Source of the DNA: Amoebophrya sp. A120 | Taxonomy: Eukaryota; Protista; Dinoflagellata | Reading direction: 5' to 3' | DNA length: 64,000 bases | NCBI GenBank assembly: GCA_905178155.1 | Contig: CAJINV010000014.1 | Coordinates: 2,137,570 to 2,201,569 of the forward strand | In this document: positions 60,101 through 64,000 of the stretch, piece after piece | Layout of the letters: every line of letters begins with the position of its first letter | Position numbering within the stretch: the first letter of the stretch is position 1 | Position numbers and translations under genes: made by a program | The notes under the pieces: generated by a model | The model's input: only the letters and a program-made list of their open reading frames with translations | Told to the model about the DNA's origin: nothing | Databases searched by the model: none

Positions 60101-62102
60101 TGCTTCTGGATCTGATTCTGAGGCAGAAGAGCTGAGAAAATAATTTGCGTTTGCACCGTTGCCGCTGTCGTCTAGTTGTAGTGCATTACTAAAACCCGCT
60201 GTCGTCGGCGTCGTTCCGAGGACCCGGTTTAGAATCCCCTCGATCTTGTCTGCGCGATCGGCTTCGTCGATGACACCTGATCTTCCCGGTGCGCCGCCAG
60301 AGAGCATCAACTTCTCACCATCAGAAAAATTGGCCCCACTGGATGTCAGACTCATCAGCTCCTCCCCGATTTCTATTGGCGCTTCTTGCAAGCACAGCTG
60401 CAACATCTTGGACAGTTCGGGCAGGAGTTCGGTTCTCATTTTTTCCACTTTGAAATCTTGAAACAGCTGGTATCCAATTTCAAATATGGAAGTGTCAGAA
60501 TCGAAATTTACAAAATCGAAAAATTTGTGATGCGCAAAATCGATGTCAGTTGGAGCCTCAGGTTCCAAGTGGCGCATGACAAATTTCGGGAGTACCCAAA
60601 TCCAGTCTGTCATGCTGTTTGGGCAAAGAAGACTCCTCCTGCAATGCTACTCCGGCAGCACATTGCATACCCCTAAACAGGCTTACAATCGGTCTCATTT
60701 TCCTGCTCCCCAATACAGGCCTTCAGTGCCCTACATTTTATGCATCACAAATTTTTCGATTTTGTCGATTTCGATCCTGACACATCCATATCAAACGCCT
60801 GCTGCATCTGCCGGTTCAGAGACTCGATCCGCATATCGTAGTAGAGCGTCTTGGAGTGCCAAATTTTGTCACTGTTTTTCACAATCTCCTCCGATATGTA
60901 CTGCTGATCCACGATGGAGACGTGCTTGAAGTACTGAACCTGTTGAAATTTTCATGCATAATATGCCAAAAGAAAGACCACTGTGCGTTGCGGTTCCGCT
61001 GCCGTGCATTGCAAAAAAAAATTCAATGCCATGCGCGCATGACAAGAACAAGAAGCAATCAAGAACACTGTTGCTGTTAAACCAAAACTACCAGCGCCAC
61101 GGTGTAGTTGCAGAGCGAGCAGATCGGGTTGTCGCCAAAATCGGGGTCGGATAGGTGAAGTTCCTTCAAATTTCGAATCTTCGCCAAGTCCAGCACATCG
61201 GGGAAGTTCCGGATGGTATTTTTTGCCAAGTTGATCCGTTGCAATGACCTGATCGGCACTTCAAAGGACTTGATCCGGGAGATCCGATTGTTCGCCACGT
61301 TCAGCTCCTTCAAATTTCGCAAACAGTCCAGCCCTTTCAGTGTGGTGATCTGGTTTTCCGTCATCCACAACACCTCCAAATTCTTCATCGGCCGCAGCTC
61401 GGACCGGGAGAGCCGGCCCACAAACTCGTTGCAGCAGAGGAAAAGCTTCTTCAGGCTGGCACCGCCGGTAAGGGGTTGCTTTTTGATGGAGGTTTTGCTG
61501 CAATTGTGGTCCTTGGGGGATTTGGCACCACGGCCACCATTTGGGAAATTCTCAGCTGCATCCACCGAAGGGGTGATACTACTAGACGTAGCAGTTGCGC
61601 CGGCCGACGTTGCATTTTGAATCTGCTTTTCCGTCGTGCGAATTCTCCCCGGTGTGGTTGGCCTGGAGGAGGCTGCGAAGCTTCCGCTTTGCAGATGATT
61701 TTGTCCCCCGCCTGTTTCAACATTGTCCTCGATCCACAAGCCAAACAGGTTGGTCAAGCTCGTGAGCCGGTTTTCCTTCAAGTTGAGCGTTTCCAGATGC
61801 ACCAACGTCCCCAACTTCGTCAACTTCCGCAGGCCGACGCGAATCAGCGTCAAGTGCTTCAGGTTGATGACGAAGTTCACCAGAAACTTCTCGATCGGCA
61901 GCGGGAGAAAATCCGCGACGACCTCGATTTTCGTGACGTTTTGCTTCAAGTACTCCTCCGCCTGATCGTTCAGGTTGGAGGGGTTGCTGCTGCTCGTGTT
62001 CAATTGGAGGTGCTGCAACCCGATCGCGTCGCAAAATTCACGCAGTTCCCAAGCGCGGACCACCTTGTCGGAGCGAAACTGGTGCTGAGGTTGGAGGCTC
62101 AT
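48121..62102 (-). CDS. LRRC9: LRRC9-like leucine-rich repeat protein with large low-complexity insertions (about 4000 aa after splicing)
   Basis: N-terminal SDS22-like LRRs ending LKELHLSDPDFGDNPICSLCNY, then KTLYYDMRIESL, VKVSRVTKVH, RQKIWRIRDP..TPAFLVEVEFVY, further LRR blocks and C-terminal NPIARKPFYR..LKEID. The motif order matches LRRC9. GT-AG intron at 60940-61091 plus five introners; all joins are in frame. Confidence 0.82.
48839..48983. mobile_element. Introner element, family G (145 bp), in LRRC9
   Basis: TIR TATCCAGGAAAAAACACGCATCCACATCC / TATCTACAGAAAAGAACCCATCCACATCC; TSD ACCGG; removal gives QKLGNRLKEIDNR. Confidence 0.9.
54692..55503. mobile_element. Long introner element, family F (812 bp), in LRRC9
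   Basis: About 55-bp TIR TACT(G/A)AG(T/G)GGAAAATTTCACAAATACAAATATCTGCAAAAATTG; TSD GGAGT; GC-rich core with a direct repeat ATTCCC.CT.GGAAACTTTCCACAAATGAA at 55001 and 55091; removal gives GVQLRSSTNK. Confidence 0.9.
55585..55793. mobile_element. Introner element, family D (209 bp), in LRRC9
   Basis: TIR TATCCAGGAAAAAAACTGTGTGAGTGTAA / TATGCAAGAAAAAAACTATGTGAGTGTAA; TSD CGAAC; same length as 4639-4847, opposite orientation; removal gives KRPRSANRSN. Confidence 0.92.
58619..58876. mobile_element. Introner element, family A (258 bp), in LRRC9
   Basis: Family A TIRs; TSD ACTCG; removal gives SAETSSSGRYAPRYLF. Confidence 0.93.
60485..60790. mobile_element. Introner element, family B (306 bp), in LRRC9
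   Basis: Family B TIRs; TSD TCAAA; same orientation as 3403-3709; removal gives QQAFEIGYQLF. Confidence 0.92.
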
Positions 62103-64000
62103 TGTGTAAGGCCGAGGTGGTAGAATCTTTTTCTAGTTACTCTTCTTGAAGATCCAGATTGAGAATTAGACCACGGTGGTCTGCAGGGTATCCAAGTTGT
62201 TGAAGTATGTCGCAACCTGAACCACTGCTGGTTCCAGTTCGTGTTGCTGGTCGTTCGATTGTAGGCACTCGGTCGTGAAGGCAGTGGCCGAACGAAGTCC
62301 GTCGTAGGTTGTTTTACAGCGTCTGCAGCGCTGCGCTACAAAGCGCAAAGTCCGCGGCTGAGGCCGCAGAACCACGATGCGGCGCAGCGAGAATGCCTGG
62401 CACCATCGCTGTTACCAACATGATAGGATTTGGACCGGTGGACTATAATGTTCTTTGAAGACTCGAAGCACAGATAGAACTTCAACAAAGAAGGGATATC
62501 TCGAAACTAATAAACAAGACAGGATTTTTATATGATCTCCTCCGGTGCAGGTGCACTATATGTGCCCTTTCGACGGATCTGCATGACGCTGCAGACACTG
62601 AGATGAACAGAACTGCTAGTAGAGATCAGAGTCATACTAGTTCTACGCTCATGAATTGACAAGCGAGCTCCACTAGCACTAGTCATGGGAAGCCTTCGTG
62701 TTTCCTTATGCTATCCCTTCGCCACCTCGCCCTCGGGCTCGGGGTGAAAAAAAGACCAGCACGAATGAGATGCCGTTTCAAAAAACAGGAATGATAGTAG
62801 CTGCAAGAGCGACAACTTCTTCCTCGTCTACAAAACCTAATTGCCACACGACCAAAAAAACTTGAAACTATGAAGTTGAAGAGCTCAGGGTTGAAAATGT
62901 AGATGGAGTGAAGAGATCGATTCCATGGTCCGTCGCAACAATAGATCAAACGAAAAAAAAAGCGAACGATTACGAGAACGACGACGAATGAAGATACGAT
63001 GAAGGTGCCATGCATGGACTACGAGTCGGTCGCTCGACGCATGCCCTTACATGTTCAAAGAAAGCTCAGGCGGCTCACGCGACACAATCACAAGTCTCTC
63101 TACTGAACGAAATCAGGACAGTCAACGAAACGAGGGTGCTGGGTCAAATGATGACGATGATATCGAACTGGGCGCGGCACTAATCCCTCCCCCGGCGCTC
63201 GGCAGGAATAATCTGCCCTGATGCCCTAGTGGTAGCGTCGTTATTGATTGAGGCCGGGGCGACCTTTCGACATTCAAGCGTGGTCGTGGAGACCCTCACG
63301 CCCGATCGTCGGACTCCCTTACTTCATTCGGGGGCTGGTCGTCTGCTTCGCACATTCTGAGGAAGGCGAGAGGGGCGCTACTGTCGGCACACGCGCCGGA
63401 GTTCACCGGGGCGCTGTCCTATTTTTTGGCCTAGGGGCCAAGGATAGACTTATGTATTAAACGATCACGCATTGATGTGTGATCGTTATAATACATAATG
63501 CCCAAAGATAGATGGAAAATAAAAAACTGCCACGCGCACCTGATTCGGGTTGTGTTAGTGGACTTGAGAACACTCGCACACACTTACACACGTTTGCTCC
63601 ACTGAGCTCGTTATCAACAGCTTTTCAATGAGTTCTCTCAATTGCAAGTAAGCAAGCAAGTGACGCAAGTCTCTTGCTGCGTTACATCCTGTAGGTTCAG
63701 TTCAATCATAATCATCAAGATCCTCGCATCAGTCTCACCAGATTCAACACATTCCAGGGTCTAGATCCGCTTCGTAGATAGCTACTTCATTCAGGATCTC
63801 AGGCCTTGGTAAAGATTTTACTCAGGACCGTGGTCCCTGCTCAAGATTTTACCAGGGACGGCTGGTCCAGGTAAAATCCGAACGAAACAGCGTGCCACGG
63901 GGTCGATTTGAGTCGGAACCTTCAATCATTTTCATCATGGAACAGGCTTCATTTGGGGCGATCGTGTTACGTGTGTGCGGGATCGATTTCCATGACCAAC

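Noticed and set aside
63845-63878. Small imperfect hairpin GATTTTACCAGGGAC..GTCCAGGTAAAATC with a nearby direct repeat
   Set aside because: Short, single and near the window edge; not enough context to call an element or terminator.

Overview
Eukaryotic, gene-dense window. Every recognisable gene is on the minus strand: a UBR1/PRT6-type N-recognin E3 ligase (runs off the left edge), RTF1, a small hypothetical gene, a Nup214/Nup159-like GLFG nucleoporin, an intronless GlcG/HbpS-type haem-binding protein ending in -SKL, RNA polymerase III subunit RPC1 and a greatly expanded LRRC9. The dominant signal is 23 TIR-bounded non-coding elements, plus 3 eroded ones, from about 8 sequence families. All interrupt coding exons. 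Nearly all run TA...TA, all 23 are flanked by a 5-bp target-site duplication (21 perfect), and they occur in both orientations. Removing them restores the reading frame, so they behave as mostly non-GT-AG transposon-derived introns (introners). This architecture matches what is known for the parasitic dinoflagellate Amoebophrya (Syndiniales); the taxon is an inference. One RPC1 introner also carries a nested 1.8-kb poly(A)-tailed retro-insertion with a 15-bp TSD. All coordinates and gene models were read by eye, without RNA data or database searches.
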